From the human T2T-CHM13v2.0 reference genome, Homo sapiens, in assembly GCF_009914755.1 (NCBI RefSeq), contig NC_060928.1: a DNA stretch of 64,000 bases; one strand, 5' to 3'. The translations under genes and the position numbers were made by a program. Positions 1 through 12,113 of this stretch are shown piece after piece. The notes beneath the pieces are model-generated. The model saw only the letters and a list, made by a program, of their open reading frames with translations, did not search any database and was not told the DNA's origin. Numbering within the stretch: position 1 is the stretch's first letter; the number at the start of each line of letters is the position of its first letter.

Positions 1-44
1 TTTTGCATCTTTTCTGAGCATAGAGATTATGTTAGTTATCTCTT

Positions 45-290
45 GCTATGCTGTCTTCTGCTGAGGGTTCCTCAAGGCTCCAAGTAAGGTGTTGGCCTCT
101 CTGCTGGAGTTTCATGTAGGGAGGATCTGCTTTGGTTTCGTGTAGCTGTATAAATGAAAGCTCCAGCTTCTTACTGGCTGTAGGTTGGAAATTTGTCTTA
201 TAACATAGAGGACATCAGTAGTTACTTGCCACATGGCCTTCTCCATAGACAGTCATAGCAATTTGCTTCAGGACCAGTAAGAAAGACTGG
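45..290 (-). mobile_element. Old MaLR LTR fragment (MLT1F-like)
   Basis: Motifs 'caaggctccaagtaaggtgttggcc' and 'cttgccacatggccttctccat' resemble reverse-strand MLT1 LTRs; heavily diverged. Confidence 0.45.
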
Positions 291-814
291 TGCCTGCTGT
301 AAATATGGAGTAATATACATAATACATTATGTATCATATAGCATATAACATATAATGGATAACATGGAATACAGCATATGCCTATTGTGTATACTGCAAC
401 CAAATCAAAGAGAGTTGTCTTTTCTACCTAAGTAGTTTTACTTCATAGACTAAACTAGTATTCCAAAATTTAAGTAAATTAAAAAAAAATTGTTCAAAGA
501 AGGAATTTAATTTAAATATATCTATAAAAATAGCATGATATTTTGCCTTTATTATTCTAGTAAGGGTACATTCTTGTATTTAAATATTTTTATTTTCAGG
601 TATATAGTAATTACATGTTAGATTCTGTTATATAGTGTTTATTACATCCAGCTATTTGTAGAGTTCTATTTAGCTTATCCTCTCATTGAACTGTAAAGCA
701 ACAAATATAATTATTCTATTACAAAATTTGGTATTTGTACATTAACTCAAGGATACGAGTTAGGGGAAAAAATATCTTCAGACATTTTGTAAATTGGCAT
801 TAGTTTCCATTTTT

Positions 815-989
815 CTGAGTAGCTGGGACTACAGGTGTCCACCACCACACCTGGCTAATTTTTGTACTTTTAATAGAGACAGGGTTTCACCATATTGGCC
901 AGGCTGGTCTGGAACTCCTGACCTTGTGATCTGCCCACCTCGGCCTCCCAAAGTGCTGGGATTACAGGCATGAGCCACCGCGCCCAGCT
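815..989 (-). mobile_element. AluS, 3'-truncated (left arm plus start of right arm, no poly-A)
   Basis: 'ctgagtagctgggactacagg...cccaaagtgctgggattacaggcatgagccaccgcgcccagc'; flanked by direct repeat TCCATTTTTCTGA at 806-818 and 989-1001. Confidence 0.95.
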
Positions 990-2853
990 CCATTTTTCTG
1001 AAGAGATATTTTTGTTCTGTTCTTAAGCAATTAAAAATATGTTCATGAACATTAAGAAATATGTAATTAATTTTATTGGTCTTCTGGTATTTAGGAGTTT
1101 CTTCTCTACATTTATTCTCTCTTTCTCACATTACCTTTAAGAAGCTTAGTTCAGAGAAGATGGTCTCTTATATTAAGCTACATTTATCCACATATCTGCA
1201 AGTCTTGGGAGTATGGTTCTAAGTACCCTTTGTGTTGGATTATCTTTTCACAGATGTTTATGTTGCAAATCACCTTGAAAGATATAGTGACTCCATCCAG
1301 AGCAAAGCACAGGCATGCTTCCTGACTATTATGAGAGAGTCCAGTTTCCAAAGCTCAGAGTTTCTTACCTATAACAAACCCACCTCCTGCCTAAGTATCC
1401 CCTGTCCCTCTTTGTGTCACTCCATGGAAATTGGTACTTCAGAATTCAGTGTAAAAAAGTGCTGGTACTCTGGCTGCTGCTTTTGTTGTCAGAAATAGAC
1501 TGTCAAAAGTCTCTAACCCAGTGGTTTCGTTTATTCTGCAGCATCCTTAAAACTGTGCCAGGCTGACTTGTTAGATTGCGAGTGGGTGAAGTCTTACCCA
1601 CTTCACAGTGTATAAGTGATCTTCTCACTTAGAGAGGCTTATGACAGTTACCCTAAGTCAACACAGAATGAGTCTCAGTAGCAATAATGGAACTCAAATT
1701 TAACAAAGCAGAATGACTTCTCACCCTAGTAATATTTTACTTCAACCTAATTAAATACATTTATATATTTAAAGAGAGAAAACATGGATCTGAAGAGATG
1801 CAAGAAAGAGCTTATCAAAAAAATCGAAGAAAGCTACTTTTTAGATGTAAAGCAAACTGCAACCACAGAGATAATTTCAATAAGAGTTTAAGCATAGAAC
1901 TCAACTGGTCCCATTAGCAAAAATGTCTCCCTGGGAAGATTAAATGTGTTGGATAGAGTTTTACAGGCTATTTCCTTCCATGGGTTGGCTGACACAGTCT
2001 GTCCATTGGCTATTTTAAGTCCTCAACAACCATTTTTCTCTTATCTTCTTTTACTGAGGCTGAAAATCTTTCAAACGAGGGTCACCATGTGACACAATTA
2101 AGAACAATGGGATATATGTGGAATTGCTTAGTAAGAGAGTGCCTTATAAGATATGTTATTAAAAAGCCTTTTATTGTTAGTCTTTCCCTGATTTTTGTGC
2201 CTAGAAAAAGAAAATGAATCATATTAGAATCATTTGAAGGCAAACTTATCAGTTTAGGATAAAAAAGCATCCTAAGTTTAGGATGTGCATCTGTTACATG
2301 AGAAAACTAAACTACTATAAGTTTAATTACTGTTAATTGGAAATTTTTTGCTTGGATCCAAAGGAACTCTTGATACACAAGAACAAATAAACTAGACAAG
2401 GGAGAGGCCAGCAGAGGATTCTTCTATTTTCCCTGTTAAAAAAGTATTTGGAAATTTACTACAGCCCATTCTCACCCACATCCAAACTCATGCCCACAAA
2501 ATCATATACACTAAGTGAAAGACAGATGATAACATTGAGATGATAGTACAGTTCCTTGAGGACATTTAGCAAGACAATGTGTTTTTAGATTTTTAATGTT
2601 GTCTTTTCTCCAAAGATCATCACTGACTTGCATCTGCTATTGGACTTCAATTTGTGAGCCTCAAACTGGGCTCTCCTGGTTCAAATAATTAAAAATTTAA
2701 AAAACCTTAATTATTTATGTAACTAAGAATCTATTGTCTGATTACTTCCTTGGTGCCTGTGTAAATTTCTTTTACAGAAAAATGTGCTGGTCAGAAGATA
2801 TATGATCTGTTCCATTTTATATTTATAATCTCATTTTATAACAATTAATGCAC

Positions 2854-3520
<667 letters not shown>

Positions 3521-4748
3521 ATAGGTAATCTTTTCTTTTAACTTCAACTCTTCTAGAGATAATTATTTGTTCAATTTCTTAAGTCTTATTAACGCTGAAT
3601 AAATGTAAAGGTGCAACCTGATACCTAAAAGGTTGAAGTCCAAACCATGGACTGTGGTGATACCCACATTGTGAGCTTTGGGAGTTTAGTCATCAAAATA
3701 GAATGCCCATACTAGCACCCAAATTACTTCTTCCGCCAAAACTCTAGAGTATAGATTTTTAAAAAACACATAAAAGTTCTAGGCTATAGTATGTCTTTGA
3801 GTAAGAAGTCCTAAACCAACCATGCTACATTAAAAAAAGCAATTAACTCTCTCTAATTTGTTTATCCTACTTCCAAATTAGGTTGATTTGCATTTTGTAT
3901 TCCACAAATGTGCATTCATTTCAGTACTTTCCATAGTTCAGAAACAATGAATAGAAGCAATACAGTAATATATCAACTAACTTATACAATCATTTTCATT
4001 TTTGTAGACCGTAGAGTTACCACTAAATGAGAATTAGTTCAGTAGATAGAATTCATCAGGCATTATTTATTTCTGTTGTCTGCTTGAATAGTCCTTTTTA
4101 TCTGAGATAAACACTTTGTACATAAAATGCCTTCTTCTGACAATTCAATTGGTCACCAGGAGACTGAATAGAAAGAGAAATAAACATTCAATTAAAATAA
4201 GCTGTATAGGTAGCTCAGTTCCTAGTTTTTAAATTAAAAAAAAAAAATTTGCATCTTTAATCACAGTAACCCTGTTTAAAGTAGATGTTTTTTGTGGGGT
4301 TGTTTTTTGTAGGAAGTATTGTAGAAGTTGTTGTTTTTCTTAACTCCTTAGTACTAGACAAAGGAATTTCAGACAAAAACATGGAGACATAGGGATTTAA
4401 TTTTGGCAGTAGTCTCTTATGTACATAATTATGGTGTCAGAAGTGATTTATGAACTTAAGACTTTATAGGTGCTTTTAATTATTTTAATCTCTGTGATTG
4501 AGGTATGAATGTAATAACTATGAAAATAGAGGTTGACCCATTTGAGCACAATTGAAAACAAAACACACAGAGGCACTGTAGAAATATTGAAAAGAATTCT
4601 ACTATTCAAAAAGGGCCCGAAATAAACTGAATTAATCTGAGCTCCTCTTTATTTCCTGTTGGTTGTTTGTCATGAATATTGGACTACTCTACCATTATGA
4701 CAGAGACAATGTGTCTCTGTCCTTTGATAAGGAAGCAGGGTATCATTC

Positions 4749-4749
<1 letters not shown>

Positions 4750-4783
<34 letters not shown>
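4750..4783. repeat. (CA)16 microsatellite
   Basis: Perfect CA run. Confidence 0.99.
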
Positions 4784-4785
<2 letters not shown>

Positions 4786-4794
4786 TGAACTTAA

Positions 4795-4940
4795 AATAAG
4801 AAGTCATTAGTTCTAGTTCTATTTTCTGTCATTTAACTAGTCTGGGATATTTGTCAAATAAAAAATTAACAACAATGACAAAAACAAAAAACAATCTGGG
4901 CTTTTGTTATCTCGTGTAAATTATTAGAGTAGTAATATGT
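4795..4940 (+). mobile_element. MIR SINE fragment
   Basis: 'ttctagttctattttctgtcatttaactag...ctgggcttttgttatctcgtgtaaa...gtaata' resembles the MIR core; highly diverged. Confidence 0.45.
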
Positions 4941-5437
4941 TATCTCAAAATTAACTGAGACAAAGAAACAGTTAAGGAAGGCCTTAGGTCCAGACTCTGT
5001 CCTCTCTAGAAGAGACATCTCCTTCTCTTTCCTCTGTTCTTCCTCTCTATCCTTCTTTGGTCTGCTAAAACCTGTTATTTTAAAGTTAAACTCACTGATA
5101 ATTCTTCTAAACCTCAAATTCCCATTTTTCTTTTATGCAAGCTTAACTTCAAGCCATTGCCAGGGAATTTCCAAGGATCACTGAGGGCCCTCCCCAATTT
5201 GCTGAGTAACTCAAGATAGTAAGTCAGGCCTATCATCCCCCGGTTTTCTGATCTATACCAGTTGACTCACATATTTGCTGAAGGTCAGGCACCATGCTGA
5301 ATGACCAAGGCTTTTTGGTGTGATCCTGAGGGAGAGTTAGACAAAAACACCTCTAAAGACTGTGACAGAACTGAAGGCATAGCAAAAACTTCCATGAGGC
5401 CATGAGGCCATTCTTGAGGCTTTTCTTAAAACTTCAT

Positions 5438-5488
5438 GAGATCGTGCCACTGCACTTCAGCCTGGGTGGCAGAGCGAGATTCTGTCTC

Positions 5489-5517
<29 letters not shown>
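5438..5517 (+). mobile_element. Alu 3' fragment (about 50 nt plus a long A tail)
   Basis: 'gagatcgtgccactgcacttcagcctgggtggcagagcgagattctgtctc' plus poly-A; TSD AAAACTT(C/T)ATGAG at 5428-5440 and 5514-5526. Confidence 0.93.
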
Positions 5518-5519
<2 letters not shown>

Positions 5520-5522
5520 TTA

Positions 5523-6230
5523 TGAGAGGAGGTGCCAGCTGGGCTTACTGAGTCGAGTTCTGGATCAGAAAGCTGTGAAAGTCACTCATTTCCTGCATCA
5601 GGACTTACTTCAGTCTTGGATGAATAATAGTGAAGATATATGCTTAAAATATTCCTAATACCAGGATTTGTGCATGTGTTTTCTTCCCCAAGAAAGCTGT
5701 GAACAGCGAAAATTTTGCTGTAAGTTTCCCTGTGTCCTCTCTCCCTCTCTCCCTTCCCCCTCCCCCGAAACTAAAAGAAATGTTAACTGCCCGTTTTTCT
5801 GTGACCAGCGGACCTTATCTATACTCCAATTCCAATTCCTTGTAAACATACTTTGTAAAGTCCTGTAAGATCCTGTCTCCTTTGCTGTGCCTCTGCAAGG
5901 TCATAAAGTAGATGAAACCTAAGTTGCAATTCCATTTTTCGTCCAAATCTAAGACATGTCACAAAATAATTTACTGTCTTTGTTTCTTGCTCTAGTAACA
6001 TCTTCCCGCCTCAGGTATTTCCCACCTTAAGGAGTTTAAAAAGCAATCATATAATCTAACTCTGGCTACCCATTCGGGACCCCTTCCACACTGTGGAAGC
6101 TTTGTACTTTCACTCTGCTCGATAAAGCCTACAGCTTTTTCTCTCTCTTGGTCCGTGTCTCTATCACTCGCCGGGGTCAACCGCCACACCAATTCTTTGG
6201 CGTGGCTAGGCAAGAACCTTAGGCGTTACA
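5523..6230 (+). mobile_element. Solo ERV1 LTR, LTR30-like (HERV30)
   Basis: TG...CA termini ('tgagaggaggtgccagctggg' ... 'aaccttaggcgttaca'), 708 bp, perfect 4-bp TSD TTTA. Family name from recalled consensus. Confidence 0.85.
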
Positions 6231-6704
6231 TTTAGACTGCAATAAAATCCATTCCCATATTTAAGAACCTAATGAGCCACTTTCCAGCCATTACAGTTGT
6301 ACTCCAGGCCATGTTTAAAAAAAATTATATCAAATCCAGGTTGTACTTAGAGAAAATTATGAATTACCTATAGATGTTGAATCTATTCAAGTAGCCTTTT
6401 ATTCTGTTTGTGAGCAGAATTACAGTTCTCCTTTCTGGAGTACTCTCTCAGCTTGTCCAAAGAGCCTGGATAGAATGGAAAACCATACCTACTTCTGATC
6501 TAGATAATTTGGCAAATCAGCTTGCTGGCACCTGTGAGGACACTAATACAGAGAAAACCACTCAAGTTTTAAATCTCCTATTACAGCAGATGGAGCTTCC
6601 CAGACATAACACTAGGAAAAAGCATCCTCGGCCAGGCTACTACCATAAGAAACCAGGCCACTGGAAAAGAGAGTGCCAAAAAAGCCAGAAAATCTCTTTC
6701 TCAT

Positions 6705-6781
6705 CAACTTTAATAAATCTCCAGAAAATTATGCTAAGTGTAAAAAAATCCAGTCTCAAAAGATTACATACTATATGATTC
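6705..6781 (+). mobile_element. Short old L1 (L1MC/ME-type) 3'-region fragment inside the provirus
   Basis: 'aatctccagaaaattatgctaagtgtaaaaaaatccagtctcaaaagattacatactatatgattc' matches the L1M ORF2-end/3'UTR motif. Confidence 0.55.
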
Positions 6782-7770
6782 TGTTGGGTTTCACAAAGTG
6801 ATAACCCTAAAGACTGGTGCTTTAAGATGCTAAAAGGCCTTAGCAGCAGCCTTAGAACCAAGGTCCTTCTAATCTCACCTGGATCACACCAAACTCAGAA
6901 AGAGTTTCCCTTTGAAATTTTTTTCTCTGTTCAAGAAACTCTTTCCAAAAGAAATGCAATTGCCTTAAGTCCTCTTCCTAGAGATCTCATCAAATAACAA
7001 GGAAAGATCAACCACTGTAGAAGAGAAAAGACTGGAATTTATTACCACACCCAAACACACTTTTTAATCTATTTTTCTAAGGGCAGCTCCAAGAGATTAC
7101 CTGGGGTGCTTTATCTACATAATAAAAAAGCCTTTTTTTCTTGTGCAACTTCACCTTTCACCTTCTCTTAATGTCTGCCTCCCATGTCCCAGGTTCATCT
7201 GATGAAGAGAGACAAGCCCTCAAATTGGGGCTTAGCCTGGGAGGTTTCTTCACTTTGCCCAGGAAAGAATTCAAGAGTGAGTTGATGACATTAGATAGCA
7301 ATTTTTATTAAATGGTACTGCTCCTTGTGGAGAAAGGTTACCTCATAGGCCGTGTGCCCAGAGTGAACAATGTGTGGGCTCTTGGCAACTGTATTTATAC
7401 TCAGGAAAGAACACTCTCAATTACGTGTAAATTAAGGGTATGTCAATGCGAACTGAGGGTCTGGCTATTTAGAACATTCTCAGAAAGGGGCAATAACTTC
7501 TGGGTTGTTGCCTTAGAGAGGGATGGCAATGCCTGACTGTCATGGTGCTGGTGGGAGTGTCTTATGTCAATGAGCAATGAGAGCAGCTAAGGATCACTTT
7601 CATCTCCATCCACTTGTTCCTGCCAGTTTCTTCTCTTTATCCTGTCTGGAACAGATCCTGTTTTGATCAGCAAGATTGTGACCAGGAAACAAGTTCTGCC
7701 AGTCTCCTACCTCACATTTATTCTCCCTAGTAATTTACTACTCCTCAAAAAGTATTGTTTACATTTCCCA
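6782..7770 (+). mobile_element. Partial MER34/MER39/LTR48-group LTR, 3'-truncated and split by MER66
   Basis: Starts 'tgttgggtttcacaaagtgataaccctaaa', similar to the LTR start at 14943; contains 'gggcagctccaagagattacctggg'; resumes at 7715. Confidence 0.65.
7200..7714 (-). mobile_element. MER66-type solo LTR
   Basis: Reverse strand begins TGAGGTAGGAGACTGGCAGAACTTGTTTCCTGGTCACAA; TG/CA termini; TSD catc/catt. Confidence 0.8.
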
Positions 7771-7849
7771 GCTACCCAACCCTTCTTCCCCACCTGGAGA
7801 CAACTCTTCAGTCTGCCTGTTCAGGCACCAGGGACTACAGGGGCTCTTC

Positions 7850-8190
7850 CCAGTTCCCTCAGTCATCTAGGTGAAACCACTCTTCAAGTTGGGAATGAGG
7901 TCGTTGTGCTTACAGATACTGGAGCAAGAGTATCAATTTTTAACCCCACCAGCCACAGTCAGCCCATGCCTTGGGCTAATAAAAAGATACATATGGGAGT
8001 TTCCAACAAGCTTTTAGCTGTTGTTGTTTCCCAGCCCATCCCTTTCTAACTTGTCCCTCTCCAAGGCACTTGTCCCTTTTTTGCTTGTTAATTCTTCCTT
8101 ATCTACCTCCTCCTTGGACTTGATTTTCAAGAAAAATACTATGTTAGAACTTTTTTTCCCTCAGAACAGGGAAATAATTTTAGAATTTGA
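7850..8190 (+). pseudogene. pro: ERV aspartyl protease remnant
   Basis: ORF 7663-8049 contains VVVLTDTGARVSIFNP (DTG at 7915-7923) and 'MGVSN...SQPIPF', then a stop/frameshift into 'PFLLVNSS'. Confidence 0.85.
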
Positions 8191-8520
8191 CAAGGCAAAC
8201 TGTGCTGACTCAACCTTGGAGTCTTCTGACTTCCCAAATTTCCTCCTTTGTTATGTCATTGCCTGTTCAAAAACCAAAAATAATGCCACCCATCACTGCT
8301 GAATCAAATCTGTCTCTTTAGGGGCAAAATCTGAAAAGTTTTTAAACCAAAGGAAAAATTGGTACATTTTTCAGCTCCAGGGCATCTTAATTATAAAATC
8401 TCTTTTTTTTCCTCTTTATATATGTAAAGAAAGGAAACACATTGGGAATCTTAACCCAAAGTATAGGGACCAACATCACTCTCTAGTAAGCTATCTTAAA
8501 CTCACATCTCACTCAGTATC

Positions 8521-8876
8521 TGATATGCTTTGGCTGTGTCCCCACCCAAATCTCACCTTGAACTGTAATAATCCCCACAAGTCAAGGGTGGGGCCAGGTG
8601 TAGATAATTGAATCATGGAGGCAATTTCCCTCCTGCTGTTCTTGTGGTAGTGAATAAGTCTCACAAGATCTGATGATTTTATAAATGAGAGTTCCCCTGC
8701 ACAAGCTCTCTTGCCTACCACCATGTAAGACATGGCTTTGCTTCTCCTTTGCTTTCCGCCATGATTATGAAGCCTCCACAGCCATGTGAAACTGTGAGTC
8801 CATTAAACCTCTTTCCTTTATAAAATACCCAGTTGTGGGTATGTCTTTATTAGTAGCGTGATAACAGATTAATATA
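8521..8876 (+). mobile_element. THE1 (THE1C-like) solo LTR inserted in pol
   Basis: 'tgatatgctttggctgtgtccccacccaaatctc...cagattaatata'; 5-bp TSD gtatc/gcatc. Confidence 0.93.
8605..8615 (+). promoter_or_regulatory. DUX4-type motif TAATTGAATCA in THE1 LTR
   Basis: Exact match to the TAAYYBAATCA consensus; binding not shown. Confidence 0.55.
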
Positions 8877-10839
8877 GCATCCTTTGCTAGTTGATTTACT
8901 TCTTATGAACTTCTCCTACTTGCTACTTCTTATATCACCCATGTTGCAATAACCTTAACTCTCTGTAACTCTTGTGCCATATCCTTCAAGAGAGGCACCA
9001 CATGACTGCTTAACTCTGATAGACCTCGGGAGGATCTCCAAGAGAGTCTCCTAGGTAATGCTTAGTTGTCCTGGTTTACGGATGGCTCATATTTACAAAA
9101 TGACTCTGGCAAGTATTGTGCAGGCGCTATAATCACTAATGCCTTTGAGGTGGTGAAAGCAGCTCTTTTGCCTTTAGCCTCTTCAGCCCAGCAAGCAGAG
9201 CTAATTGCCCCACTCAAGCCTGTCTCCTTGCTGAGGAAGACTGTTAATGATTACACAGACAGTTGGTAGTCCTTAGGAATTGCTCATGACTTTGGAATGT
9301 TATGAAAACAAAGAGGTTTCCTTACTTCCAGTGAAGACAAAATAAAGAATTGGATTGTATATAACAGAATTATTAGATGTAATACAGCTATCCGCCCTCT
9401 AGCCATTATCAAATTTTTAGGCCATTCAAAACCAGACGCTATGGGAACTAGAGGAAATTACCTGGCTAATAACACAACAAAGAATGGTGCCCTTAAAGAT
9501 CCTTCTGATCAAATCTTTGTCATGACCCAACTAGAAAGATTCCTAAGAGATGAATTTAAAATAATTACTAAAGATGCACAGAATTGGGCAATAGAGGCCA
9601 AAAACAGAAAATAAAACAAAAAACCCAAATTGGAAAAATAACAGCTGCTGCTTTAATGATAAAGAGGAACTCTGGTTTTAGCCAAAACAAACAAACAAAA
9701 CAAACAAAAACAACAAAAAACCTTTCTTCCAGACCCCATGAAATTTTTGTTATTAAATACTGTACATAATTAAGTCATTAGACTACAGAAAAGATTATTA
9801 CTTTTATGAAAAAATACTGATAGGGCAAGGTCAACACCGCAGTTGAAAAATGTTTATTTATCCTGCCCCCCTCATCGTAGAAAGCAAGTATGTACAGCCC
9901 CAGGCCATTTTAACCACCATAATGGGCCATTTGAGAATTAGCAGATGGATTTTATTCATCGATCTCCGATCTCCTTCACATTAATACAATTATATTTTAG
10001 TTTTTAATCTATATGTTTTCCTATTGGGTTGAAACCTTTTCCTGAAGATGAGCAAGCACTTCTGGAATGGCTAACGTCCTATTATTAAAAAAAAAAAAAA
10101 AAAAAAATTCTACCTGGAGTTTTACCCCTTAAGCTCCACAGTCACTGAGAAACTAATTTTACCAGGCAAGTTATCAAACAAGAGTGTGGTTTCTAACCAA
10201 TCTTACAGAACTTTCATTGTGTTAATTATCCTCAGTTCTCTATACTAGTTGAACATAACAATAGCACTCTTAAGAATCAATTTGAAAAGCTTTTGGGAGT
10301 GTTACACCTGCCATGGCCAAAAGCCCTATGTATAGTGAATTTGAACTTAGACACTACTCCCTTTGATTACATAAGCTCTCACTATTTCAGATAATTACTG
10401 CACTCCCTATGCATTTGGCCCCAACTTCTTTTGACCCCAAATTAATAGAAGGTGAAATGCTTTAATATTATAAAGTTATAATTAAGGCTACAGATAAAAA
10501 TTATACTCTGGTAGAACAATCTTTCCAAAGTGTGCTCCCAGGGGACAAAGAACTAGAACATTATAACCTACAATCATGGTATTTTGTCTACTGGAAAAGA
10601 CTCCCTCCAACTTCACTGGAAAGGCCCATGTCACATTTGTTAAAAAAAAAAAACATCTGCACTGCCAAGCTTAAAGAAACTGATTGCTGGATACATGTAC
10701 CTCATCTAAAAATCTATTATCTCTTAAGTGAGCCTGTACTCTTATCAACAAATTAAAACTAGAAATTGTCTTAAAATATCTAGGACTTGAAGTAGACAAC
10801 ATCTGAGTAGATGGTTTTTTTTTCCCCAAGATACCTTGG

Positions 10840-11830
10840 CCAGGCCTGTATGCCCTTTTCTCTCTTCTAATTCTTAACTTTATTTTCTCCCTAGAAGGAG
10901 GATGTCCTCATCTGCATTTCTCAGTCTGTAGTCCCGGGGGAAACCTCCTTGGGTCCTCCTAACATATGTAAAAAGAAAAAATATATATATGGACCAACTG
11001 CAAAAGAAAGGGCTAATAGCAATATTTAGTAATGTAACTGACTCCTGGTTTCATTCTACCATCCATAGAAAATTCATAGATGGAAGAATTTTCTGTACTA
11101 CTATCATATACATTTACTTTTATGGGTGAGATACCTCAATATGGGGCTCCAGATGTTTAGACACTTGGATAGCAGAAGGTTAATGTGGGTTGGAATATCT
11201 GATTGTTCTTTTGTCAATACATAATAGTTCTAAAAATTATCATTTGGATAATCATTGGACTAGACCCTCTTACTACATCAAAGAGTTAACCATGAGTCAT
11301 TAAGTGGGTTACAGGACGCTGGATTTTCTTCCTTTTGCAGATCTTTTGTGCCATGGTATGATGTTTCTGCTAAGGAAGAAATGATAAAAAATGTATCTGC
11401 TACCCTATTGCAGACTCCACTGCAAAGGCCATTGTTGCACAGCAGCACTCATTAGCTTTTCTAGACAGGGTAGTGTTAGATAACAGAGTCGCTCTTGATT
11501 ATTTATTAGCTAATCAAAGTAATGTTTGTGCCATTGCTAATACTGCATGCTTTACCTAAGTAAACTCCTCTGGGGAAGTTAAGACTCAGTTATGTAAAAT
11601 AAGAAAACAGCATACCTGGCTACAACAAGTCTCGCTCAGTTCCCTATGATCATTTGATCTATTCAGTTAGTTACCTTTAAGTCAAGGGTCATGGCTCAAA
11701 ACCATCATGAAAACTGGACTTGTCATATTGCTGTTGTTTATGCTTTGTATTTTTATTTTAAACTCTGTACGTGTTGTCTGTAAAATCTTTTTAGAAATAA
11801 AACTCCTTACAAAATAATGTTAGCCTAGTG
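10840..11830 (+). pseudogene. env: ERV env remnant (shortened SU, recognisable gamma-type TM)
   Basis: Decayed furin site RVNH at 11282-11293. ISD-like LDNRVALDYLLANQSNVC at 11476-11529. CX6CC decayed to CAIANTACF, stop at 11557. Membrane anchor GLVILLLFMLCIFIL at 11716-11760. Confidence 0.88.
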
Positions 11831-12101
11831 CTTGAAATGATAGCCAATGTCTATGAAATAGACAAAATCAAATTTTAATATAAAATTCAGACAAACTAAT
11901 TCTAAAAGCTTCTCTTTCTGGCCTTTTTGTTGCTCAAATGTAGCTACAAGAGTTTTGACACTGACTTCAAGCTGTTAATCACCTTTCTTCAATGCGGAAC
12001 AAGACCAACTTACTTGAAAAAGTCCAGCCCAGCACTGAGGAACACTTAAAACCTAACTAATGCTAATTGATCAATGATGCTTTTGGAGAAAGATCTTGAT
12101 C

Positions 12102-12113
12102 AAAAGGGGGAAA
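12102..12113 (+). other. Polypurine tract of the provirus
   Basis: AAAAGGGGGAAA immediately before the TGTGAAAG LTR start. Confidence 0.9.

Larger units (their letters stand above)
4944..6690 (+). pseudogene. gag: ERV gag remnant, interrupted by Alu and LTR30
   Basis: Capsid-like 'EFPRITEGPPQFAE' and 'GFSDLYQL' at about 5160-5270. ORF 6410-6778 contains 'LDNLANQL' and a decayed CCHC knuckle, GYYHKKPGHWKREC. Confidence 0.78.
8340..10720 (+). pseudogene. pol: ERV pol remnant (RT connection, RNase H, integrase); RT catalytic core absent
   Basis: RNase H WFTDGSY...SAQQAELIA...YTDS at 9066-9269. Integrase GPFEN*QMDFI at about 9925, WVETF, PWPKAL, and C-terminal 'VYWKR...WIHVPHLK' at 10532-10756. 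Many stops and frameshifts. Confidence 0.87.

Noticed and set aside
4699-4721. Perfect 10-bp hairpin GACAGAGACA-ATG-TGTCTCTGTC
   Set aside because: A stem this short is expected about once by chance in 64 kb; no other support.
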